DNA from: Diplonema japonicum | Lineage: Eukaryota > Protista > Euglenozoa: Diplonemea | Length of the DNA: 64,000 nt | NCBI GenBank assembly: GCA_964019335.1 | Contig: OZ025708.1 | Coordinates: 186,001 to 250,000, forward strand | Direction: 5' to 3' | Part shown: positions 45,876-55,347 of the stretch, in pieces | Layout: every line of letters starts with the position of its first letter | How positions within the stretch are numbered: position 1 is the first letter of the stretch | Translations under genes and position numbers: made by a program | The notes under the pieces: generated by a model | The model's input: the letters and a program-made list of their open reading frames with translations, nothing else | Told to the model about the DNA's origin: nothing | Databases searched by the model: none

Positions 45876-46369
45876 TTTCCGTGTTTGCTTTTTTTTTTTT
45901 TTTTTTTTTTTTTTCAAAATACCAATGCAGGGCCGCCATGGAGAGCAACACCTGAGAAAAGGGAAAATAAAAAGGTGAAGGGAAACCATGGGGAAATAGG
46001 GAGGGCAAAGGACCAGGCTTCTGCAAGCAGGAGGAGCCCTGGTCCCCCACCAACCCGTGCTCTGCTTTGGGACAGCCGAAGAGGGCTGAATTACATTATT
46101 CCCTCAGTCAAGTGAGAGAAAAACGGGGGCCTACCTTCCAGCTGGATGTCCTTCTTTGGCTGGAACCTCCGGCGGAAAGCCCCCCAGGGAGGTATTGCTC
46201 CTATTGAGCGAATCATTGGTGAGTGTGAAAATAAAAAAAAGGGGAAATGGGAAACAGTGAGAGGAAGGAGAAGGAAGGGAAAGGAAGGGAAGGGAAGGGA
46301 AAGGAAGGGAAGGGAAAGGAAAGTGGGAAACACAACATTCCATTTAACACACACACACGGGGCGATCCC

Positions 46370-49300
46370 TTAGCGCAGCACGGGGGCCGCGGGACCGGCG
46401 TCAAGAGAGACCGGAGGAGGAGGCGGCACGTTTGAAGGTGCAGTGACGTCTGTAGACGCCAGGGATGATGGCGAGGTGAACAGTCCGGAGCGTGACCAGG
46501 CGAGCAGGCCAGACTCAACAATGAGGTCGTAGATCTGGGTCACGCGTCTCGACAGGGAGAACGCTAGGGAGGGAGTACCAGCAGGAGTGTCGATCGCCCC
46601 CCTCCCGATCACAGGGCACCCACCGACAACATGCTCCCTGGACATCGGTGCTGCGTGGCAGGCTGGGCACCGGAGCACACCCTTGTGCTTCCTGTTCGGG
46701 CCAGCAGTCTGCAGGAAGCCGAAGAAGAGAGCCGAGTGACCAATCCGCAGCCGCGAGATGACCGTTTCAGCTTGTCTGGGGAAGCCAAGGGGGAAGTGCG
46801 CAGACCGAAGCTCGGTCGCCACCGCGTAGTTGTGGGCGAGGGATGTTATGAGCTCCGTGGACCTCCGCACCACCCACCGTCGCACCAGGGCCCTCACTGA
46901 TCGGTAGTCAAGGGAGGGCCTGTCCTGCTTCCGCTTCGTTCCCTCCCCGGCCAGAGCGTCAGCCTTCTCGTTCCCGTCCACCCCACAGTGGGAGGGCACA
47001 AACTGGAGGACCACCGGTGTCCCCTGCGTGCGCGCCGCGGTCACCAGCCGGCTCCACGTCTGGTGGTCGAGCTTCTCCCTCTGTCGCGTTGGGCCAGCTC
47101 GCAGCTGCTCGACGAGGGAGAGGGAGTCGGTGCAGATCGACAGCGGGGACTTCGCCAGCGAAGGGTGTGTTTTTCGGAGGGTAGCCACCATATCCAGCGC
47201 CGTTTTCACAGCCATGCCCTCTGCCCGAAAAGATGAACAGAAGTCGTTGACGCCATGGCACACAGACACAGGGGTCAGGGGGGGAGGCAGCTGTAGATAA
47301 ACCCCAGAGCCACCTTTCGCCTTCTGTCCGACCTGTACAACCGAGCCATCCGTGTAGGCATGGATGCCCGGGGGGAGAGCCGCAAGAGCAGCCTCGGCCG
47401 CCTTCCGCCTGTCCGCGTCTGGCGACGATCGCGTGACCCCGCCGGGGAGGTCAGTCCTGAAGTCGACCATGCCTGTCTGCCACGGGGCCGCCAGGGGCGT
47501 AGCCGACAGGTACTCGAAGTGCACCTTTGGTTCCAACCCGCATCGACGCAGTGCTTGGTAGCCAGAGCGCAGCCACCCACACCCCAGCCTGTTCGCCTGC
47601 TTCAGCTTGACCGTCTCCCTGTGAACCGGGGAAGACTGCCAGCAGAAGGCCTTCGCCGTCATCGTCGCCGCAGCACCCTCCGCCATTCTTTCGAGGGGAA
47701 GCAGTCCTGCCTCAGCTAGGAGCTTGTACCCTCCGGAGCCACTCCAGCAGCCCGTGATCAGCACCGCCGCCTCCTGGTGAAGCCCAGCCAGGTCCTTCCT
47801 CCCGACATCATCGAGCCTGCTGTAGTAGACCCCCATGCAGTAGCGCAGCAGCGGGAGGATGTACGTAACGTAGAGAGACCGCAGAGTGTCCCTCTTGCTG
47901 CCCCAGGACGTGCCGGACAAGAGCTTCAGCACCCTCAGCCTTTTGCTGGCCCGCCGTAGGATGTCCTGTGCGTGTTCACCGAACGTGAGCCCAGAGTCCA
48001 CCGTAACCCCAAGGTACCTCGCGTGTTCAGATCGAGGCTGGGGACGGGCCGCAACGTAATCCACGTCGGGCCGTCGCACGGCTGCATGCATGTCCCGCAC
48101 GCAGCGGATCCGCACACCACCCGCCTCCACAACCTGAAGGCCCGCCAGCTCCTGGTCCCCGGAGATCGTGCCATCGGCGTTCACCCCCAGGCCGAAGAGC
48201 GGGTTCTGGAAGGCACCTGGCTGAAGGGGGACTCGTGACGAAGTGAAGTAGACCCCGAGACGTTTCTGGGGGGGGACGCAGACTGCCTGCGTCTTGGACG
48301 TGCTCAGCAGCATGTCACGCTCCCTGCACCAGTCCTCAACCGCATCCACCACTGCCTGCGCCTTCCGCTCCAGCCCAGCCACGTCCCCTTGTCCAGAGGA
48401 GATCACAACCGCCACGTCGTCGGCGTAGAGCACCGAGACGTCCGCCAGTCCCTCCAGTCTCCTGGCGAGTTCGTCGACGTAGATGGTGTACAGGATGGGA
48501 CCCAAGACAGAGCCCTGGGGGACACCCCGTCGCACCTTCGTCGTCGACCCCCTCGACCGTCCAATCGTGACCGCAGCAGTACGGCCGCATAGAAAGGACC
48601 GCGTCCACTCCACGAAGGGTTCGGGGAGACCCTTCCCTCGCATCTTGTCCAGCAGGGCACCATGGGGCACCAGGTCGAAGGCAGAAGAGAAGTCGAACAG
48701 CAGAGCGGCCGAGAGACGTCGATCGTCTTTGTTCCTCGACATGCACTCAGTGAGGGTTGCCACCTGCTCCTCCGTGGAGCGGCCGCGTCTGAAACCAGCC
48801 TGGCTGTCGTGGAGTCCCTCGACTCCCGTCCCGTCCGCGTCAAGAAGAAACGTGAGCCTCTCCTCGATCATCCTCTCCAGCAGCTTGCAGAGGCAGCTGG
48901 TCAGGCAGATCGGCCGGTAGGAAGCCAAGAGAGTCGCATCTTTTCCAGGTTTCGGTACCGGGACGATCACTCCCTTCTTCCAGGCACCGGGGACGACACC
49001 CATCAGCCAGGAGCGATTGAGGAGTAGAAGGAGGACACCGAGAGAGTCCGTGTTCAGGTGTAGGAGCATCTCCGAGAAGATTCCGTCTTCCCCGGCCGCG
49101 CTGCGCGTCTTCATCCTTCTCAGGCCGCGGGTGAGGTCGTCCACGGTGAACGCTTGACACCCGAGTCTGCTTGCAGAAGGAGCGGCGTCCTTCGAGTTCC
49201 CGTCACCACGCCTGCCGTAGAGCTTAGCGAAGTGCGCCCCCAGCCGGTCGGCCTTCGCCTTGTCCGACACAAATCTTCCCTCGAGTACAGGAAGGTGTGT

Positions 49301-50518
49301 CTTTCGGTGCCTGCCGTCCAGCTTCTTCACCGCTCTGAACGCAGCCCCGAGGTCCTTGCTCCGGCTGAGGTCGGCCGCCATCCTTCCCCATGCCTCACGC
49401 TTCGTCTCGTCAAGGAGTCGGTTGACTTCCTTCACCTTCGCCCTGTACTCCTCCACCACGTCCGCCTCTTGAAGCAGGAGTTCGCGCAGGGTGTTCCGCT
49501 CTTCGAAGGCGTCCTCGAGCTCAGCAGTCCACCAGGGGGTCGGGCCACGTCGCATCCCACAGAGGGGAATGTGGTCGTTCGCCGCAGTCAAAAGGGCTTG
49601 TGTAAACCCCTTCGTGACAGAGTCAATCGGAGCCGCCGTGTCAACACCAGCAAGCAGGCGGGCAACAGCAGCAGTGTAGTCATCCCATCTGGCTTTTTTA
49701 AAATTCCAGGTGGGGAAGGGGCGCTCCGAACGGTAGACGTCCTCAAGAGGCAGGTGAAAGGATACGGGACTATGATCGGAGCCCCACGTGCCCAGCGTCT
49801 TCGGCTCAAGCTTCGCGCAGCGCCCCACAACCAGGTCCAGAACGTGTCGTGACGAGTCCCTCGTCGGTTCGTTGCGGTCGTTGTAGACGGTGTACCCGTG
49901 GGTGTCCAGCCAGTCCCTGACCACGTTCCCCCTCTCGTTCGGCGTCGTCACCGTGGCGTCCCAGGAGCTGTGATGAGCATTGAAGTCACCCGCTATGACT
50001 GTGTTCTTCCCCATGGGAAGGCTGCCAGGCCGCAGGTACTCAGGGTCCCTCGTGCCTCTGCTCGCGCTTACCGGTGTAAGGTAAACGTTGGAGAGAGTGA
50101 TCGGCTCACGCTTCTCGCAGGAGATCCTCACATCCAGTCTCTCAGTGACACAGTCCCCAGCCGGGAGTACGTGCGGAACCTCCTCCGAGGCAAGATCGTC
50201 GCGGACATACGTGACAATACCACCACCCCTCGTCGCAGTGCCGTCAGTCACCGGTGTCAACCGATCCCTCCTGTATGACCTGTACCCAGGCAGGTGTGGC
50301 GTGTCGTGCCCTTCCCTCAGGTGCGTCTCCTGTATCATGATGATGTCCAGCGACAAGAAGTCAGCATGGCGAGATACGACGGTCCATTTCGCAACGAGGC
50401 CGTTGCAGTTCCACGAGACAACCTTGAGACCCTTAGGCGACGGGGGCGGCAGCTTCTTGGGTGGGCCAGGGTTTGTTTCGACCAGCCCAAGCAGCCCCAG
50501 CAGGTCCCTGACGGACAT
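46370..50518 (-). CDS. LINE ORF2: 2A-like peptide, APE endonuclease, reverse transcriptase, RNase H, C-terminal Zn finger
   Basis: VETNPGP; SWNCNG, IQETHL, GDFNAH, GSDH; YRPICLTS, GVPQGSVLGP, LYADD; YTDGS, FVPSHCGVDGNEKADALA; CPAC...H...C. Confidence 0.95.
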   Translation of the reverse strand: MSVRDLLGLLGLVETNPGPPKKLPPPSPKGLKVVSWNCNGLVAKWTVVSRHADFLSLDIIMIQETHLREGHDTPHLPGYRSYRRDRLTPVTDGTATRGGGIVTYVRDDLASEEVPHVLPAGDCVTERLDVRISCEKREPITLSNVYLTPVSASRGTRDPEYLRPGSLPMGKNTVIAGDFNAHHSSWDATVTTPNERGNVVRDWLDTHGYTVYNDRNEPTRDSSRHVLDLVVGRCAKLEPKTLGTWGSDHSPVSFHLPLEDVYRSERPFPTWNFKKARWDDYTAAVARLLAGVDTAAPIDSVTKGFTQALLTAANDHIPLCGMRRGPTPWWTAELEDAFEERNTLRELLLQEADVVEEYRAKVKEVNRLLDETKREAWGRMAADLSRSKDLGAAFRAVKKLDGRHRKTHLPVLEGRFVSDKAKADRLGAHFAKLYGRRGDGNSKDAAPSASRLGCQAFTVDDLTRGLRRMKTRSAAGEDGIFSEMLLHLNTDSLGVLLLLLNRSWLMGVVPGAWKKGVIVPVPKPGKDATLLASYRPICLTSCLCKLLERMIEERLTFLLDADGTGVEGLHDSQAGFRRGRSTEEQVATLTECMSRNKDDRRLSAALLFDFSSAFDLVPHGALLDKMRGKGLPEPFVEWTRSFLCGRTAAVTIGRSRGSTTKVRRGVPQGSVLGPILYTIYVDELARRLEGLADVSVLYADDVAVVISSGQGDVAGLERKAQAVVDAVEDWCRERDMLLSTSKTQAVCVPPQKRLGVYFTSSRVPLQPGAFQNPLFGLGVNADGTISGDQELAGLQVVEAGGVRIRCVRDMHAAVRRPDVDYVAARPQPRSEHARYLGVTVDSGLTFGEHAQDILRRASKRLRVLKLLSGTSWGSKRDTLRSLYVTYILPLLRYCMGVYYSRLDDVGRKDLAGLHQEAAVLITGCWSGSGGYKLLAEAGLLPLERMAEGAAATMTAKAFCWQSSPVHRETVKLKQANRLGCGWLRSGYQALRRCGLEPKVHFEYLSATPLAAPWQTGMVDFRTDLPGGVTRSSPDADRRKAAEAALAALPPGIHAYTDGSVVQVGQKAKGGSGVYLQLPPPLTPVSVCHGVNDFCSSFRAEGMAVKTALDMVATLRKTHPSLAKSPLSICTDSLSLVEQLRAGPTRQREKLDHQTWSRLVTAARTQGTPVVLQFVPSHCGVDGNEKADALAGEGTKRKQDRPSLDYRSVRALVRRWVVRRSTELITSLAHNYAVATELRSAHFPLGFPRQAETVISRLRIGHSALFFGFLQTAGPNRKHKGVLRCPACHAAPMSREHVVGGCPVIGRGAIDTPAGTPSLAFSLSRRVTQIYDLIVESGLLAWSRSGLFTSPSSLASTDVTAPSNVPPPPPVSLDAGPAAPVLR

Positions 50519-50659
50519 CCTCCCGAGTAGGGTGGGGATCAGTGCAGAAAAGTCGGTGAAGAAACAGAGAGGTAGGAGTCTCCTGGGGAGGATGCGAGGG
50601 AGACTAGGAGAGGGAGCATGGTCGTAGATCTGCTGCTCCCCCTGTTCTGCGGGGCCCCT

Positions 50660-51297
50660 TCAATTGGATGGACCCATGGAGGCAGAGCGCCCCTTGACCC
50701 CATTGGTGAAGAGATCTTTGGTCTCCGCGAACGACCTGGCCCGCCCCCTCGTACCCAGGTTCGTCACCGCAGCCTCAGAGGTCGTAGCGAGAGGAGGAGC
50801 CCCCTTCTTCCCCTTCCCCTTCCCTTTCCAGACACTGTCGTGTGTCGTCGTCGCCCCCGGTGTAGGGTCCCGCGGCACTGCCGTTCCCGTCGTCAGCGTG
50901 GCCGCCTGCGGCAGGAGGAGGCGGAGCGTCGTCCGCAGATCGGAGATCATCTCCTGCTGAGAGTCGATCGTCCTCTGCAGCCCGACGATCGACTCCTTCA
51001 GCGTGGCGACGAGCTCAGTGAGAGCGGCGACCTCAGGCGACCCGGAAGGGACCCCCTCCTTGTTTCCCCCAGACACGTTGCGGGGCGGTGTAGGGGACGT
51101 CACAGTGTCGAGCTGGGGGGGAGCCACCGAGCTCGGTATGGACGCCCACGGGCTGGTGGGAGGAAGCCCAGTTGCTTTCACCGCAGGGTCAGTCCCCGAG
51201 GGTGTCGACGCCGATACAGGTGCCGGGTCAGGTACAGGTGTAGGCGCAGGTGCAGGTACATGAGAAGATGTGGGTGCCGGGGTCGAGGACGTTGCAA
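50660..51297 (-). CDS. LINE ORF1 remnant (P/T-rich, coiled coil, KGKGKGKK basic patch); no own ATG near the start
   Basis: Open frame from the poly(A) junction to TGA at 50660-50662; heptad LTELVATLKESIVGLQRTIDSQQEMISDL. Confidence 0.7.
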
Positions 51298-52064
51298 TTT
51301 TTTTTTTTTTCAAAATACCAATGCAGGGCCGCCATGGAGAGCAACACCTGAGAAAAGGGAAAAAAAGGTGAAGGGAAACCATGGGGAAATAGGGAGGGCA
51401 ATGGACCAGGCTTCTGCAAGCAGGAGGAGCCCTGGTCCCCCACCAACCCGTGCTCTGCTTTGGGACAGCCGAAGAGGGCTGAATTACATTATTCCCTCAG
51501 TCAAGTGAGAGAAAAACGGGGGCCTACCTTCCAGCTGGATGTCCTTCTTTGGCTGGAACCTCCGGCGGAAAGCCCCCCAGGGAGGTATTGCTCCTATTGA
51601 GCGAATCATTGGTGAGTGTGAAAATAAAAAGGGGAAATGGGAAACAGTGAGAGGAAGGGGAAGGAAGGGAAAGGAAAGTGGGAAACACAACATTCCATTT
51701 AACACACACACACGGGGCGATCCCTTAGCGCAGCACGGGGGCCGCGGGACCGGCGTCAAGAGAGACCGGAGGAGGGGGCGGCACGTTTGAAGGTGCAGTG
51801 ACGTCTGTAGACGCCAGGGATGATGGCGAGGTGAACAGTCCGGAGCGTGACCAGGCGAGCAGGCCAGACTCAACAATGAGGTCGTAGATCTGGGTCACGC
51901 GTCTCGACAGGGAGAACGCTAGGGAGGGAGTACCAGCAGGAGTGTCGATCGCCCCCTTCCCGATCACAGGGCACCCACCGACAACATGCTCCCTGGACAT
52001 CGGTGCTGCGTGGCAGGCTGGGCACCGGAGCACACCCTTGTGCTTCCTGTTCGGGCCAGCAGTC
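51298..52064 (-). mobile_element. Second, severely 5'-truncated copy of the same LINE (3' end only)
   Basis: Near-identical to about 45900-46710, including the ORF2 C-terminus, 3'UTR and A13 tail. Confidence 0.92.
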
Positions 52065-53242
52065 AACAGGGTGTGCAACTAACCCTTCCCACTATACTTC
52101 TTGAAGTATACAATGTCTTGGGAACGTAACAGCTTGTCAGACAGAATTTATAAACTAAATCCCCCCTTACTACTTTCTTACACAATTGAATAAATACCAA
52201 CGTTACATCGCCTTTCCTCCCCATATTTTTATCCATTTTTTTGTTACGTATCTGGTCAACACTTACGTTCTGGTTCGAAAAGTTTTTATTTTATTCCCTT
52301 TCCGTTGGAAGAAATCTTTACCACCTGTTCTGTGTTTGGAGGACCTTATCTACACCGCTCCTGATCTACAACCTACAACCCGGGTTAACATGTTCCCCCC
52401 GGACCCCAGCTGAGGGGTGTCCCCCGAGAGGGACAGGCGCAGTAAGGCGGCGAACTTTGGCCTGGGAGCTACCGATCGCGCGACCGTACAGTCATAGTCC
52501 CGGCTGTAAGGGTGACCACATGGGCAAGAGAATCGGTGTACACAACAGGTGGTCCAAAGATTTAATCCAACAAACCAAAAAAGAAAAAAAAAACCAAAAA
52601 AGAAAGAAGCTTAACGTTACAATTAGTCAAAGGTTCCCCCCGGTTCTTGCTTCCGAGCTAAAAAATCTTTTTCCTTTCTTTCCCAACCCAGCACCTATAA
52701 AGGACTACAACAACAAAAGGCCGGGTGATGTTCGTGCCCATTGGATGAGTTGCCAATAGCTTCTTCAACTGGTGTTTTGCTACTCGACACCCACACCGTG
52801 TTAAGGGTTCACCCCCTTAGTTAAGCTTGCATTAGCTATAACTTAAAGTGTCAACATAGAAAGAAAATCGTTCAACCTTTTGTCAAAACCATATAGAATA
52901 CCCCACTAACTTTCATCAAAACCCCCCCTATTTATTTTAAAGAAATTCTTTTCTTCATTGTCATATCCGATATCCGGGAAGACAGGTTCTTACAATACCT
53001 CGATCTTCCTGCATAATGGTATGTCAGCCATTATGACTTAAAGTGTAAAGGGAACAAGCCCTTACTGACTTACAAAGACTGTTACACGGACGATGGGATA
53101 GCCCGTGACAGTTACTTTTGTAGAGCACGTTGGCAGGCTCTTGACAAGGTACAACCCCATCGATACCAGCCAATAACCTTTTGACATATATGCAATACGG
53201 ATTAAGCCACCCGTATAGTACCTTGGCGTTGCTAAAGATACG

Positions 53243-54284
53243 TTGCATGTCACAAACTCACGGCTTAGTAATTCAAAAGATCAAAAGGAAAATGAACGAA
53301 TAACCACCTCTCACCCCACCCCACCACCTTTGCAAGAACCTTTGACTAATTCTGACACAGAATTTAACAACAACAAAAGAAAAAGAGAAGAAACAGAAGA
53401 AGAAGAAGACTACATACCTGTACCCATTACTGTAGCTGATACTATAGTAGAAGATGAGGACTACATCCCTCAAAACGTGCAATTTAAGGAGGACAAAAAA
53501 GACATAGCATCAGAAGAAGAAGAATACATCCCCCAGTACCTGGAAAGAGAAGGGATTTACGTACCTCAATTTCTACATATCAGACCAAAAGAAGAAGAAA
53601 AAGAAGAAGAAGAAGAAGAAGACTACATACCTGTACCCATTACTGTAGCTGACACCGTAGCAGAAGATGAGGACTATATCCCTCAAAACGTGCAAGTACC
53701 CTATGAAAATGCCCGTATAACAACAGATGAAGAAGAATACATCCCCCAGTACCCTGAAAGAGAAGGGATGTACGATTTCAAAGAACAGAAGATGAAGAGG
53801 AAGAACCAAAAACGGACGAAGCCCACACATACACCAGCCCTACCAACAACACAACCAGACCCACCGACCACACGCCAAGGACAACCAGAAGGCGGGCGGC
53901 CCCAGATGCCAGCATTGTGGCACCAACAAGAACGCGAACGGCGAACCCCTTGGCACGAAGAGAATGCGCTGGCACGAAGGACATTGTCCCAAGAAGCCCA
54001 GAGCCAAGAAACGGCCGAGCAAACCTAAAGGCCCGTTCAAATGCAAGTACTGCGGGAAAGGCAAGACACGAACCGGGTCTACCTTCACGCAGAGCTCTGT
54101 AAGAAGGCACGAAGGCAAATGCGGGGCCAGGAACGACGACGGCAAGGAACGTAAATGCCCACGGTGCGGCGTCACGGTAAAGCCAGGGGAGGCCGTTTAC
54201 AACGAAAAAGAGAATGGACGCACACCTCATTACGTGCGACGGGACACGACAGCCGACAACCAAGTCCACACTGTCATGCGATAG
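53243..54284 (+). other. Degenerate coding region: duplicated acidic EDYIP repeats followed by tandem C2HC zinc fingers
   Basis: Internal duplication (about 53395-53560 vs 53610-53775); CQHC...(frameshift)HEGHC, CKYC...HEGKC, CPRC. Confidence 0.45.
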
Positions 54285-54470
54285 ATGCGGAACAAAGACC
54301 AACGCATTTGGCAAACCGTTCCTACACGCTAAGAAGGCAGGCGACCGGTAGACGATCGGCAACTGCATCAGACGTGGGGCCGTTACGTACCAACACCCAC
54401 GCACCTTCTATGACAACGAACGCAGCACCTCCAGCCTTCCGCCAGCCCCCCCAACCCAACCCGACACGAT

Positions 54471-54584
54471 AGAGTACAGGCCCTCCACCTGTTGGCCACA
54501 GGTGGACCGCATAAGGTGCGACAGCCTGATAAGCCCCACGCACCTAGGGGTCGTTGTGAGGGACGAAACCGGGTCTGTGCTCTA
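54471..54584 (+). ncRNA. Structured RNA with degenerate hammerhead-like core
   Basis: CTGATAAG-stem-CGAAAC-CGG-GTC; closing helix AGAGTACAGGCCC/GGGTCTGTGCTCT; hairpin TCCACCTGT/ACAGGTGGA. Confidence 0.35.
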
Positions 54585-54784
54585 TCTAACCCGCACACCA
54601 CGAAAAATATAAGAACATAGTTTTTTCTTCTTTACGTTTTTTTCCATCCCCTTTGTTATGTTTCGCTAATATTTTCCAAAAGGAACTTGCAACCCCAAAA
54701 CCCCCCCCTTTTTTTTTATTCAAACTGAATGCGCTCCTTTAAATGTAAAATAATAGTACAGGAATAAAAAATTAACGAATATTG

Positions 54785-55215
54785 ATTATATCGGTGATTT
54801 CTTCTTGTGTTGGTGCAACAAACTAAAAACCCTCGACTTGAGTTCTATGATCAATCTTTGTTCCATTGGTTCTTTCTTCATGTCTAGCTGTGAGTATCTA
54901 GAAACCCTCGACTTGAGTTCGATGACCAATCTTATTTCCATTGGTTCTTACTTCTTGGCATATTGCTTTAATCTAGAAACCATCAACTTGAATGTGATGA
55001 CCAATCTTTCCTCCATTGGTAACCACTTCTTGGGTGAGTGCGACAAACTAGAAGTAGAGATTTTATTAAGAGGAGAAACTGACAGTTTTAAGCTCTCGAA
55101 GTCCCATATACCAGCGGGGGTAATTTTTCAGGGAAAAAATAAACGGGGAAGTAATTTTATTTCTTTTTTCCAAGGTATTTCCTTTGAGAGCCCCGGGAAC
55201 TTTATTTATTTCCAG
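54785..55215 (+). pseudogene. 3' LRR cassette block, near-identical to 42614-42990
   Basis: Nucleotide-level match of three LRRs and the C-terminal cap KLEVEIL..GETDSFKL.KSHIPAGV. Confidence 0.85.
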
Positions 55216-55347
55216 GGATTTCTAAGGCACCCCCCCTCAGTTTACAGACAGTTCTCCTTTCATATCCCCCTACTTTTATTTTTGAGTATTCCCCCCATTT
55301 TCAACAAGATTCAAAAAAAAAAAAAGAAACCCACACGTTCTCCAAGG

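Larger units (their letters stand above)
45889..51297 (-). mobile_element. Ingi/I-group non-LTR retrotransposon, 5'-truncated within ORF1, with poly(A) tail
   Basis: Intact ORF2, ~455-nt 3'UTR and poly(A) at 45889-45914. Confidence 0.92.

Noticed and set aside
45860-52090. Target-site duplication around the tandem LINE
   Set aside because: The flanks (…GCACACCCTGTT versus GCAAACACGG…) do not match.
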